DNA of 64,000 bases from an uncultured virus (IMG/VR IMGVR_UViG_3300021511_000004) (IMGVR_UViG_3300021511_000004), one strand, 5' to 3'. Shown: positions 1 through 7,940, counted from the stretch's first letter. Notes: a model not told the origin generated them from the sequence alone. Program-made: numbers and translations.

Positions 1-653
1 CGTTTCTTTTGAATTAATTTTCTAATAAAATTATCATGATCAATCACTGCTTTTTGAAGTTCAAAATTTAATAGATCAAAGAGGGCTCCGCTTTTTGCAG
101 CGCTTTTAACTTGGTATGCTCTTCTGATTATGGTGATATAATAATCATTTAAAGGATCTATGACCCACATGCCTTTCTCATCTTGATATGCATCTCTTTG
201 AGTGGGAGGAATTATAGGAATGACATTAATAAATAACGTATTATCTTTATATGATTCTTTAATCTTTTTAACAAACTTATCTCGAGTATCAGTTCCCCCT
301 CTAAATTTAATTTTTGGAAGTAGTTTCTTGAATGATGATATGCCAGTAACACCATCAGGATCTTTTTGTAACTCTCCTTTTGAATTAACCGAAAATGTCT
401 CCTGTGCAGAAACAAATAATTCAATCTTTCGATCAAGTTGTATAAAAAGCATGTAAGCTGACGGATGTATTACTGTTGCATTTAATTCAATATAAGAAAA
501 TGTTTTCTTTCTTTCAACAGATTCTTCAGGTCCAAAAATTACTTCAGAGAAAAGACCATCAGGATGAAACTCACCAGGTTTAGAAAACATTTCAGTTGTA
601 GTGATTGGTTTCAATCCTTTTTTGTAGTTTTTGACATTTAAAAAATTAATCAT
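1..653 (-). CDS. rpoC: DNA-directed RNA polymerase beta' subunit, N-terminal part (runs off window edge; not in ORF track)
   Basis: Manual translation from ATG 653: MINFLNVKNYKKGLKPITTTEMFSKPGEFHPDGLFSEVIFGP...SYIEL...VIHP...IPIIPPTQRD...DPLNDYYITIIRR...LQKAV...LIQKK. This matches the beta' motifs GLFCERIFGP, LPVLPPDLRP, SDLNDLYRRVINR, LQEAV and LKGK. Confidence 0.88.
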   Translation of the reverse strand, partial: MINFLNVKNYKKGLKPITTTEMFSKPGEFHPDGLFSEVIFGPEESVERKKTFSYIELNATVIHPSAYMLFIQLDRKIELFVSAQETFSVNSKGELQKDPDGVTGISSFKKLLPKIKFRGGTDTRDKFVKKIKESYKDNTLFINVIPIIPPTQRDAYQDEKGMWVIDPLNDYYITIIRRAYQVKSAAKSGALFDLLNFELQKAVIDHDNFIRKLIQKK

Positions 654-1593
654 TATTACACCTTTTAGCCGCTAAAACTCCAGTTGAACATTCGTCTTGA
701 TGTCCATATTTGTAGTGACATATTTTACATGTAGCAATACCAAAGTCGGGGTCTAAAGCAAAAAATGGTTCTAGTTTTTGTGGTCTTATATGATGAACAT
801 GTTCTGCTTTTTCCCCACAGTATTCACAAAGACCATTTTCTCTTTTCATTACAAATTTATTATACGTTTGAAGCTCGGCAGCTGTATATGGAAGAGTAGT
901 ATCTCTATATGGATCAGATCTTAAATAGTATAAAGGACATTCATCTTTACATTTTTGAGAACAATAAAGATTGTTTTCAATCATTCCATATGGTTTTTCT
1001 AAAGCTCTTATTCTCTCATGTAATTGTATCTTTGTTGGATTAAACCAACCGCCTTTTTCTTTTGAGTTTTCACATTCATGATTTTTACAATGAACTTGAA
1101 TTTCTTTTTCTTCAGTTAACTTTTTTGGATTGTATCTCATTTCTTCAATCTTTGAAAAGAAAGGATATCTTTCTTTTATTTGTTCAATTGTTAATTTTTG
1201 TTTATTGCTTATTTTATTCAATATTTCTTTTGAATATATTCCTGTTTTGCCTTTATTCCATGCAATCATTTTTCCTTTTGTTCCTTTATTCCATGCAGTT
1301 TTTCCTTTACTGGAATTGCTCATTTTTTCTAAACTATCTTTTGAATATATTCCTATTTTGCCTTTATTCCATGGGATTTGTAATCCCGTCTTTCCTTTAT
1401 TCCATGGAATATTTCCTTTTTTGCTTTCACTTAGGTGTTTTCTATGTATTTTTGTTTTTTTCTTGCCTTGTAATTTATTACTAGATATGGCACGAATTCG
1501 GGGACATTTAGCAATATTATTGCCACAGCACCATTTACCATTTTTAAATTGATATTTTGCTTCTTGCCCACACCCATAGTCACATAGTTTCAT
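646..1593 (-). CDS. Free-standing HNH homing endonuclease (Cys-rich N-module, NUMOD3-like WNKG repeats)
   Basis: CDYGCGQEAKY...WCC N-terminus, repeated (P/A)WNKG(K/T), C-terminal CEYCGEKAEHVHH...CKICH; ATG 1593 preferred over GTG 1608. Confidence 0.8.
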   Translation of the reverse strand: MKLCDYGCGQEAKYQFKNGKWCCGNNIAKCPRIRAISSNKLQGKKKTKIHRKHLSESKKGNIPWNKGKTGLQIPWNKGKIGIYSKDSLEKMSNSSKGKTAWNKGTKGKMIAWNKGKTGIYSKEILNKISNKQKLTIEQIKERYPFFSKIEEMRYNPKKLTEEKEIQVHCKNHECENSKEKGGWFNPTKIQLHERIRALEKPYGMIENNLYCSQKCKDECPLYYLRSDPYRDTTLPYTAAELQTYNKFVMKRENGLCEYCGEKAEHVHHIRPQKLEPFFALDPDFGIATCKICHYKYGHQDECSTGVLAAKRCNND

Positions 1594-1597
1594 TTTA

Positions 1598-2062
1598 TTA
1601 TTTATCACCTATAGCACTAGTTTTTGTTAAATCCAAATATTGTTTGATCTTTTGAAACATTCTTGTTACTTTTGCTTTTTTTGCCGCCATGTTTGCAGGT
1701 TTCGGCACAGTCTTGATAAATGTATTTTGTTTATGTTGTAACCGACTTAAAAGAGAATTCAACGTATTTATATCATATTTTCCTGACTTATCAGACATTA
1801 ATTTCTCTATCATTTTTAGAGACACCTTAATGACTTTAGGATCTTCTTGACCCGATCTATTACACAAAGGTATGAGATATGGAGTTGTATCTTGCCCGGT
1901 TTGTGGGAGCCTCATAAAACATTTTGGTTTTTCACCATAGAGTCTATCTCTTGTATCTTTTTTTAGTAAGTATGCTAAACTATCTTCTGGATTTATTAAA
2001 TCATTCGCCTTTCTAATTAATTCTGAAAGCTGTTGGAATTCCTGTTTAAATTTGTAACTCAT
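1598..2062 (-). CDS. Hypothetical protein
   Basis: 154-aa ORF with GGAGG RBS. Confidence 0.7.
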   Translation of the reverse strand: MSYKFKQEFQQLSELIRKANDLINPEDSLAYLLKKDTRDRLYGEKPKCFMRLPQTGQDTTPYLIPLCNRSGQEDPKVIKVSLKMIEKLMSDKSGKYDINTLNSLLSRLQHKQNTFIKTVPKPANMAAKKAKVTRMFQKIKQYLDLTKTSAIGDK

Positions 2063-2098
2063 ATGATAACCCTCCTGATTAATTGGGTTTGATATCCT

Positions 2099-2112
2099 TT
2101 TAAGTTTGTTCT
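2099..2112 (-). promoter_or_regulatory. Putative phage promoter, RGAACA-N4-TAAA variant
   Basis: Recurrent intergenic motif; here directly after a terminator and before the 154-aa gene. Confidence 0.45.
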
Positions 2113-2127
2113 AAAAAATAAACTGGC

Positions 2128-2169
2128 AAAAAATACGCGGGAGAATCTACTATATGATTCCCCCACATA
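2128..2169 (-). terminator. Intrinsic terminator
   Basis: Minus strand TATGTGGGGGAATC-8 nt loop-GATTCTCCCGCGTA (14 bp with G-U pairs) followed by T6, just after the 483-aa gene stop. Confidence 0.8.
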
Positions 2170-2173
2170 CCTT

Positions 2174-3625
2174 TTAAAAATCAGCGTTCATCATTTTTGT
2201 CATTTCATCTATCTGTTTATTCAGATGACCGGCAAAATATAATGTATGAAACCTAATCATTCCGCTTTCAATTTTTGAAAGAGGTATTCCTCCCAATCTT
2301 CTTCCTGTTAAAATATCACAGAAATCAACTCGGGATACTCTTCCAATAAAATGACAAAGCAATGCATGTGGTAATATTTTTGTATTGAATCCAAAGAAGT
2401 TTTGTGTCTCCTGTTGAACTTCAAGGTAATCATGAACTGCTTTTATTTTATATGTTGTGCTAATAGAAGGACTTTTCAAAGGAAAGTAATTCAACAATAC
2501 GAATAAATCCTTATAATCAGTTCCAAATACTTTTCTAAATAAAACTTGTGTATAAACTGAAATCACTGCAGCATGTTCAGGTGATAATGTCTTAAAATGA
2601 TGATAAGGAATTTGTGTCATGCGTGATAAAACTGGATATACTAAAGTTTCGGATAATGGAGAAATAAAGTCGATGTTCGATGCCCGCTCGTGAAACTCCA
2701 CTATAGTTTCATCGCTTTCAACTTTCTCCGTTGTTATTGTTGTTTGTTTTTGAAGCAACTCATATATTTTTTCAAATGCAATACCTTTCAACCTACCAAG
2801 AGTATCATTATAACTATATGTCTTTAAGTTATCAGTATTGATCCCTTGTATATCTTCGGTTGAAATACTATCATCATAAACAATTGACCCCTTATAAACT
2901 GAGCGTAAAAACCATTTAACCGATTCGTCAATTACACCAACAAAATAAGTAATGGGATTTTTAGTTAATTCACACAAGATCAAAATATTATTCATAATGA
3001 AATTAAATATTTCAATTATGTGAACTCCAATGTCTTTACCTTGCACATTTTTAATATATTCCCACATAAATCTATCTGTCAGATTATATCTAAATGTTTT
3101 GGTTTTAATAACATCATAGATCTTTCTTACGATGTCTGATTCTACAACCGTTGATGCCAATTGATTATAGACATCTCGATGTAGTTGTTGCCCTAATTTA
3201 AGTTTTGCATTATTTGAAATAACTGAATAAATCTTAAGATAACAGGACAATCTAATAATCTGCTCAATTTCTTCTGACTCGAATAAAATAGAATTTTTCT
3301 TAACTTTTGTTCTATCAACGAATTGAGAATAATCGAACTTTAATTCGTCAAGGTAACTATCAACATACTTCTTGATTTGAGGGATACTGTCAACGACAGC
3401 TTTTGGTCTTTTAGTTTCATCATGACAATCGGTTAGTAAATCCATGAACCAGCTGCTGAATTCTTCTCCATTATATTCAGCAACCCTCTCAATGAAATTA
3501 GTTACAATAAAATATTTATTTGTAACTGAAGAAGGAGAGAGGAAGAGTTTTATTGGATCACGATCCTCAACTATGACTAACCATTCTTTGGGCCCATTCT
3601 GCTCGATTCTTAACAAAATAAGCAA
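2174..3625 (-). CDS. Hypothetical 483-aa protein (candidate RNAP specificity/sigma-like subunit)
   Basis: Long helical-looking ORF with GGAGG RBS and TTG start (3625 or 3616); function inferred only from size and proximity to beta'. Confidence 0.6.
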   Translation of the reverse strand: MLILLRIEQNGPKEWLVIVEDRDPIKLFLSPSSVTNKYFIVTNFIERVAEYNGEEFSSWFMDLLTDCHDETKRPKAVVDSIPQIKKYVDSYLDELKFDYSQFVDRTKVKKNSILFESEEIEQIIRLSCYLKIYSVISNNAKLKLGQQLHRDVYNQLASTVVESDIVRKIYDVIKTKTFRYNLTDRFMWEYIKNVQGKDIGVHIIEIFNFIMNNILILCELTKNPITYFVGVIDESVKWFLRSVYKGSIVYDDSISTEDIQGINTDNLKTYSYNDTLGRLKGIAFEKIYELLQKQTTITTEKVESDETIVEFHERASNIDFISPLSETLVYPVLSRMTQIPYHHFKTLSPEHAAVISVYTQVLFRKVFGTDYKDLFVLLNYFPLKSPSISTTYKIKAVHDYLEVQQETQNFFGFNTKILPHALLCHFIGRVSRVDFCDILTGRRLGGIPLSKIESGMIRFHTLYFAGHLNKQIDEMTKMMNADF

Positions 3626-3645
3626 CCTCCTTTAATTTTTTGATT

Positions 3646-3717
3646 GGAGCCCAAAGTTAGAGAGCGGTGTCTAACAATGGGCGCCGTGGAAACTCCGGAA
3701 TATATCGGAGAATTCCA
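3646..3717 (-). promoter_or_regulatory. Structured 5' leader (two tandem hairpins)
   Basis: Stems (+ strand) TGGAA/TTCCA with CTCCG/CGGAG (3687-3717) and GCCCA/TGGGC with GTTAGA/TCTAAC (3646-3685); GC-rich in an AT-rich genome. Confidence 0.5.
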
Positions 3718-3745
3718 AACGTAACAACCTTATTCATCATTAGTT

Positions 3746-3760
3746 ATTAATATATATAGA
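3746..3760 (-). promoter_or_regulatory. Putative phage promoter TCTATATATATTAAT (copy 1)
   Basis: Identical 15-mer at 3746, 10875 and 40371, each upstream of a - strand gene. Confidence 0.6.
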
Positions 3761-3768
3761 TATGAAAT

Positions 3769-4677
3769 TTATAATTGAGTAGACTCTTCTATGAAAGAAT
3801 CAAATTTCTGTCTTGTAATAACAGATGTACCAGGTTTTGTTGCTGTATATCCTGCACATTTATTTGCAATTTTAGCTGCTTCAACTGCAGAACTTCCCAT
3901 AGAAAGACAAATTGCCATAACTGATATTACAACATCTCCACATCCAGAAACATTATATATATCTAAAGGTTCTTCTGTAACAATATTCCATGATTGATTG
4001 AAGTCGTAAAGAGACATTCCCTTACTTCCTTTAGTTTCTAAAATATATTTTACATTCCTCAAATTATACTGTGATGATAATTTCATTACTGTCCATTCTT
4101 TTTCATTTGGAGTAATCATAAAAGCACCATCATATAAAAATCCATTGATTGGTTTTGGATCAACTATAAATGAAGTGTTCTGCTCTCTTAAAAAGTCCAT
4201 CAATTCTTTAGTGATCATCCCCTTTGCATAATCAGAAACAATTATTATATCATACTTGCTTCTACCAACTTTTTTGAATTGTTCAATAGCTATTTTATCA
4301 TCTATTTTCTCAGTGTGTTCTCTATCAATCCTTATCATTTGAACTTGACGTTCATCTGCAATTATTCTTTCTTTTACAGTTGTTTCTTTTGAACCATAAA
4401 TAAGTATATCACCTGCGCCGATACGATCTAGTTCATCTTTAATTCGTTCACCATTATAATCCATATGAATTGATGCTAAACAATCAACTTGTGATCCTAA
4501 TTGTCTAATATTCCTTACAACATTACCACAACCACCAAGCGAACAATATTCTTCTTTTACATGAACTATAGGCACTGGTGCCTCGGGAGATATTCTTGAT
4601 ACATCACCCACCACATATTTGTCAAGCATAATATCACCAACAACTAAAATTTTTACATGTTCGATTCTTTTCTTCAT
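3769..4677 (-). CDS. rfaE: D-glycero-D-manno-heptose-7-phosphate kinase (RfaE/HldE domain I, PfkB family)
   Basis: VVGDIMLDKY, RISPEAPVP, SDYAKG, VDPK, ITPNEKE, VSGCGD. Confidence 0.92.
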   Translation of the reverse strand: MKKRIEHVKILVVGDIMLDKYVVGDVSRISPEAPVPIVHVKEEYCSLGGCGNVVRNIRQLGSQVDCLASIHMDYNGERIKDELDRIGAGDILIYGSKETTVKERIIADERQVQMIRIDREHTEKIDDKIAIEQFKKVGRSKYDIIIVSDYAKGMITKELMDFLREQNTSFIVDPKPINGFLYDGAFMITPNEKEWTVMKLSSQYNLRNVKYILETKGSKGMSLYDFNQSWNIVTEEPLDIYNVSGCGDVVISVMAICLSMGSSAVEAAKIANKCAGYTATKPGTSVITRQKFDSFIEESTQL

Positions 4678-4704
4678 ATAACACCACCTTTCAAAAATTT
4701 AGGC

Positions 4705-4760
4705 AAAAAAAGCGGGGGGAGCCGCTGAAGCACTAAGAGTCTCACCGCCCACCCCACTTT
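4705..4760 (-). terminator. GC-rich hairpin plus T-tract (terminator or small RNA 3' end)
   Basis: Minus strand AAAGTGGGG...CCCCGCTTT long imperfect stem, or AGCGG-CTCCCC-CCGCT, followed by a T-run. Confidence 0.55.
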
Positions 4761-4837
4761 AAAAACATTAGCGTCTCGGTCTATGGAGGAACTAATATTT
4801 TTATTTTGTTCTAAGTACGGTTAAAACCGACCGGGAA

Positions 4838-5362
4838 CTATTTGTCAACAAATAAAAGTATAACTCGTCTGTTTTGGTGGTGTGTCATTTCTGGCAGTAG
4901 TAATGTTTTACCGAATCCTTTAAGAGACACAATCCTTTCGGCAGGAACACCTAATTCAATAAGATAATTTTTTACAGCCTTAGCCCGATTTTCCGACAAT
5001 GCTTGATTATAGTTATTTGAACCAAATTTATCGGTATGCCCTTCTAATGCCAAAAGTTTAGAATGTGTATTCATTTGAGCTGCTATTTTTTCCAAAATTT
5101 CTTGTGCAGCTGCATCAATATTATATTTATCGAAATCGAAAAGAACTATTCCATCAAGCACAACAATTTTAGCTACTGGTATTACCGGCGCTTTAACAAC
5201 TTTAGCTATTTTTGTTGGTTCAGGTTCAGGTTTAAGTTCTTCTTTTTTATCTTTAACCATAGCAGCGGTAGTAATAATTGCCGCAGCTGCTAAAGCAATT
5301 ACTGGAGTTTTCATAGCAAAATGTAATGCAGAACTACTAACTCCTTTTATTCCATCATACAT
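4838..5362 (-). CDS. OmpA-family peptidoglycan-binding protein
   Basis: VLFDFDK, EGHTDKFG..YNQALSENRA..V..YL, GFG, NRRV; hydrophobic Ala-rich N-terminal segment and Pro-rich linker. Confidence 0.9.
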   Translation of the reverse strand: MYDGIKGVSSSALHFAMKTPVIALAAAAIITTAAMVKDKKEELKPEPEPTKIAKVVKAPVIPVAKIVVLDGIVLFDFDKYNIDAAAQEILEKIAAQMNTHSKLLALEGHTDKFGSNNYNQALSENRAKAVKNYLIELGVPAERIVSLKGFGKTLLLPEMTHHQNRRVILLFVDK

Positions 5363-5830
5363 TTAATTCCCTCCTTTTTTCTTCCAATCTCCGCCGAAAG
5401 AGTATTGTAAAAACAATACAACACATGTATCCCTACCGATAGGGCTGTTATGTCTGGTATAATCATAAAATTCTCCACGGACGCCTACATCTATTCCGCC
5501 CCAATCATTAATACCTAACTTTAATGGAGTTTTTACTTTTGCACCAACAAACAATGCTACTTTATTGTCCCAATGGTCATAGGTGTTATCACTTTGTACA
5601 CCATATAAACCAACAAAGGTGTTGAAAGTTGATTTCTTCCAATGAAACCAATCAACTCCTTGTTCGAGATATCCGTTAAATTTAATGACATCTTCTTCAT
5701 CACAATCGCTGGCAGTGAATGACCCCCAGGCTAAAAATGGATATCCTTCCGGTTCGGCTGATGCGTTTCCTACAAATACACCAACAATCAAACAAACAAC
5801 AAACAACAAACTTAATGTAACTTTCTTCAT
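5363..5830 (-). CDS. Exported outer-membrane beta-barrel-like protein
   Basis: Signal peptide (MKK-hydrophobic-ASA); amphipathic aromatic-rich strands (GYLEQGVDW, NTFVGLYG, DVGVRGEFY, LFLQYSFGGDW). Confidence 0.6.
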   Translation of the reverse strand: MKKVTLSLLFVVCLIVGVFVGNASAEPEGYPFLAWGSFTASDCDEEDVIKFNGYLEQGVDWFHWKKSTFNTFVGLYGVQSDNTYDHWDNKVALFVGAKVKTPLKLGINDWGGIDVGVRGEFYDYTRHNSPIGRDTCVVLFLQYSFGGDWKKKGGN

Positions 5831-5847
5831 AACATGGTTCTCCTTTT

Positions 5848-6624
5848 CTATTTTATTTTTAACGCATTTGATAAAGTTAATACTTCTACATTTTTCTTAA
5901 TAATATATTTCACAATCTGTTCTAACTTTTTAATATCATACTCATATCGTTCAATTTTGCCTCCTTCCTTAACGACATGTAAAAGAAACACTAACCATGT
6001 TTTATTTTTAATTGCTAAATCAATTATCTTTTTAGCCTCATTAACTGTTGTTGATCCTTTTAATTCAAAAACAGAAATATAAAATGGATCTTTAATTATA
6101 TTTAAACCATTTGTATTAACAGCATAATCTACATCCCATGCTGTTCTATGCGATTGAAATCTTTCTTTGATAAATTTTATTACTCTATTATCAAAATCAC
6201 CATAAGGAGTAGAAATTGACGTTGGATTGAACCCATGTTCTTTTAAATATCTTATTGATTCATCTAATTCAAAAATAATTGTTTCATCAGTAAGTTTTGT
6301 CAAATATGGATGTGCATGTGTATGTGAACCTATTTCCCATCCATTTTTAAACAAAGTATTTATTTGATCCCAATTCATATGAAAATTATTGGCATTTCCG
6401 GTCACTCGTGTTATTATATATGCAGTACCTTTAATACCATATTTTTTAAATAATGGTAATACATTTTCAACATGAGATATATGACCGTCATCAAAAGTAA
6501 AACTAACTATGGGTTTGGATTTACTCACATCTTTAGTAAAAGATATACCATTCATCGTAACTATTAACATCATCAATACAAATACAAATACAAATACAAA
6601 TACAAATACAAATAGTTTTTTCAT
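5848..6624 (-). CDS. Polysaccharide deacetylase (CE4/NodB), N-terminally membrane anchored
   Basis: TFDDG, WEIGSHTHAH, PYG and LLH motifs; N-terminal hydrophobic (FV)n segment. Confidence 0.9.
   Translation of the reverse strand: MKKLFVFVFVFVFVFVLMMLIVTMNGISFTKDVSKSKPIVSFTFDDGHISHVENVLPLFKKYGIKGTAYIITRVTGNANNFHMNWDQINTLFKNGWEIGSHTHAHPYLTKLTDETIIFELDESIRYLKEHGFNPTSISTPYGDFDNRVIKFIKERFQSHRTAWDVDYAVNTNGLNIIKDPFYISVFELKGSTTVNEAKKIIDLAIKNKTWLVFLLHVVKEGGKIERYEYDIKKLEQIVKYIIKKNVEVLTLSNALKIK
6575..6614. repeat. Hexanucleotide microsatellite (AATACA)6+AATA
   Basis: Perfect tandem repeat encoding the FVFVFVFVFVFV membrane segment of the deacetylase. Confidence 0.9.
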
Positions 6625-6635
6625 AATTTTCTCCT

Positions 6636-6722
6636 TTATATGCCCACTAAATAGAAAAAATAGATTAATGGGATATTTAATATTAAAAATACCAAATTAT
6701 ATAATATTATATATTCTTTCAT
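6636..6722 (-). CDS. 28-aa single-pass membrane peptide (not in ORF track)
   Basis: MKEYIILYNLVFLILNIPLIYFFYLVGI*; fills the gap between GT2 and deacetylase; AAGGA RBS lies in the GT2 3' end. Confidence 0.6.
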   Translation of the reverse strand: MKEYIILYNLVFLILNIPLIYFFYLVGI

Positions 6723-6726
6723 TTTT

Positions 6727-7842
6727 TTAATGTCCTTTATTCCATATAGATAGCGGTTCTTTTTTAATCCATTCTCTCCATAAAGACCTCCAAAATATTA
6801 CCATATTTACTGGTCTAATTATAAAAAATGATGGAACAGATGTTATAACTTTCCACACCATTTTTACTTGAAATCCTTTAATAATTGTAAAAGTAAAAAT
6901 AACCAACAAACCTATTAAAATATATAGCAATAGTGCAATTACTATATTTTGTATCATCAAAAATATTACTATCGGTAAAGTGAATGGAGAAATTATTCCT
7001 TCTAAAAGATACCAATATATAAACAATCTAATTTTTTTATTTTTATGAAAGTTATTTTTATGTATAGAAATATTTTGAAGAAATCCTCTATACCATCTAT
7101 CAATTTGATTTACAAATATTTTAAAATTTGGCGGGTCATATGGATAACAATAAGCATCCTGAACGCAATAAATACGATATCCATTTAATATAAGTTTCCA
7201 TGTTAAATCCATATCTTCTGCTATACTTATAGATTTAAATCCACCCATTTCTTTAACCAAATTAGTTCTAAAAACAGAAAAACAACCAGATGATACTAAA
7301 ATAGCACCCATATTATTTTGTCCAGCTTTAAAAAGACTTTGATAAAACATATATTCAATAAATCTACCACGTTCCCATATAGTTTCAATTTTTGCAGGAA
7401 TAACAAATCCACAAACGGATACTGTAAGTATATCATTAAAATATGGTAAAGTTTTTTCTATTGCTTTAGAATCAAGAGATGTATCAGCATCAATCGTAAC
7501 AAATAAATCAGTATTAATATATCCTTTTTCAAGAGCATACTGTTGACATGTTGATTTTGTCCCTTGATTTTTATCGGTTCTAATAACTGTTACTCCCATT
7601 TCAGAAGCGATCTTCCCAGTATTATCTTGAGAACAATCATCAACTACAACGATTTTGTCTATTGATATGGATTGATTTTGGATACTTTTGATGGTTTTAG
7701 CAATAAAGCCTTCTTCGTTGTAAGCAGGAATTATGACACAAATAGTATACTTTTTAGTTGGTTGGGTGGCAAATTTTGGCTTCAAGCCAAGCCACCACCT
7801 CCAATTAAATATTTTTTTAATCATGTAACTGTTTCTTTGCAC
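6727..7842 (-). CDS. Processive GT2 polysaccharide synthase (PgaC/IcaA/CesA-like)
   Basis: PAYNE, VVDDCSQD, DAD, AED and QIDRW (D,D,D,QxxRW signature); C-terminal transmembrane helices. Confidence 0.9.
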   Translation of the reverse strand: MQRNSYMIKKIFNWRWWLGLKPKFATQPTKKYTICVIIPAYNEEGFIAKTIKSIQNQSISIDKIVVVDDCSQDNTGKIASEMGVTVIRTDKNQGTKSTCQQYALEKGYINTDLFVTIDADTSLDSKAIEKTLPYFNDILTVSVCGFVIPAKIETIWERGRFIEYMFYQSLFKAGQNNMGAILVSSGCFSVFRTNLVKEMGGFKSISIAEDMDLTWKLILNGYRIYCVQDAYCYPYDPPNFKIFVNQIDRWYRGFLQNISIHKNNFHKNKKIRLFIYWYLLEGIISPFTLPIVIFLMIQNIVIALLLYILIGLLVIFTFTIIKGFQVKMVWKVITSVPSFFIIRPVNMVIFWRSLWREWIKKEPLSIWNKGH

Positions 7843-7864
7843 ATTAAATTCCTTTCAATATTTT

Positions 7865-7940
7865 AATATGCAACCCGACTATCTCATTGAGATTCGTGGC
7901 TTTCCGTCCTTCAATCACTCAAAGTTTGGCTCTGGTTTAA
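7865..7940 (-). ncRNA. Cyclic di-GMP-I (GEMM) riboswitch
   Basis: Minus strand AGAGCCAAACTTTGA-GTGA-TTGAAGGACGGAAAGCCACGAATCTCAATGAGATAGTCGGGTTGC. It shows P2 with a GNRA loop, the GAC-GG-AAAGCC junction with CC/GG covariation, P3 ATCTC/GAGAT and the terminal GGGTTGC; G20 equivalent at 7930 and C92 equivalent at 7870. Confidence 0.88.

Noticed and set aside
1220..1415. Repeated CCTTTATTCCAT units resembling a CRISPR or iteron array
   Set aside because: Irregularly spaced and coding: they are the WNKG (NUMOD3-like) repeats of the HNH gene; the same applies to the ~55-bp repeat at ~11450/11620
646..1593. HNH genes as group I intron or intein cargo splitting beta', uvsX or nrdJ
   Set aside because: Neighbouring genes have intact termini and there is no flanking non-coding intron sequence; the HNH genes are free-standing
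4700..4790. GC-rich intergenic stretch as a tRNA
   Set aside because: No T-loop GTTCRA or cloverleaf; no tRNA was recognised anywhere in the window by eye
7865..7940. Riboswitch as the 3',3'-cGAMP-sensing GEMM-Ib variant
   Set aside because: The discriminating position 20 is G, not A, so c-di-GMP is favoured (needs a binding test)
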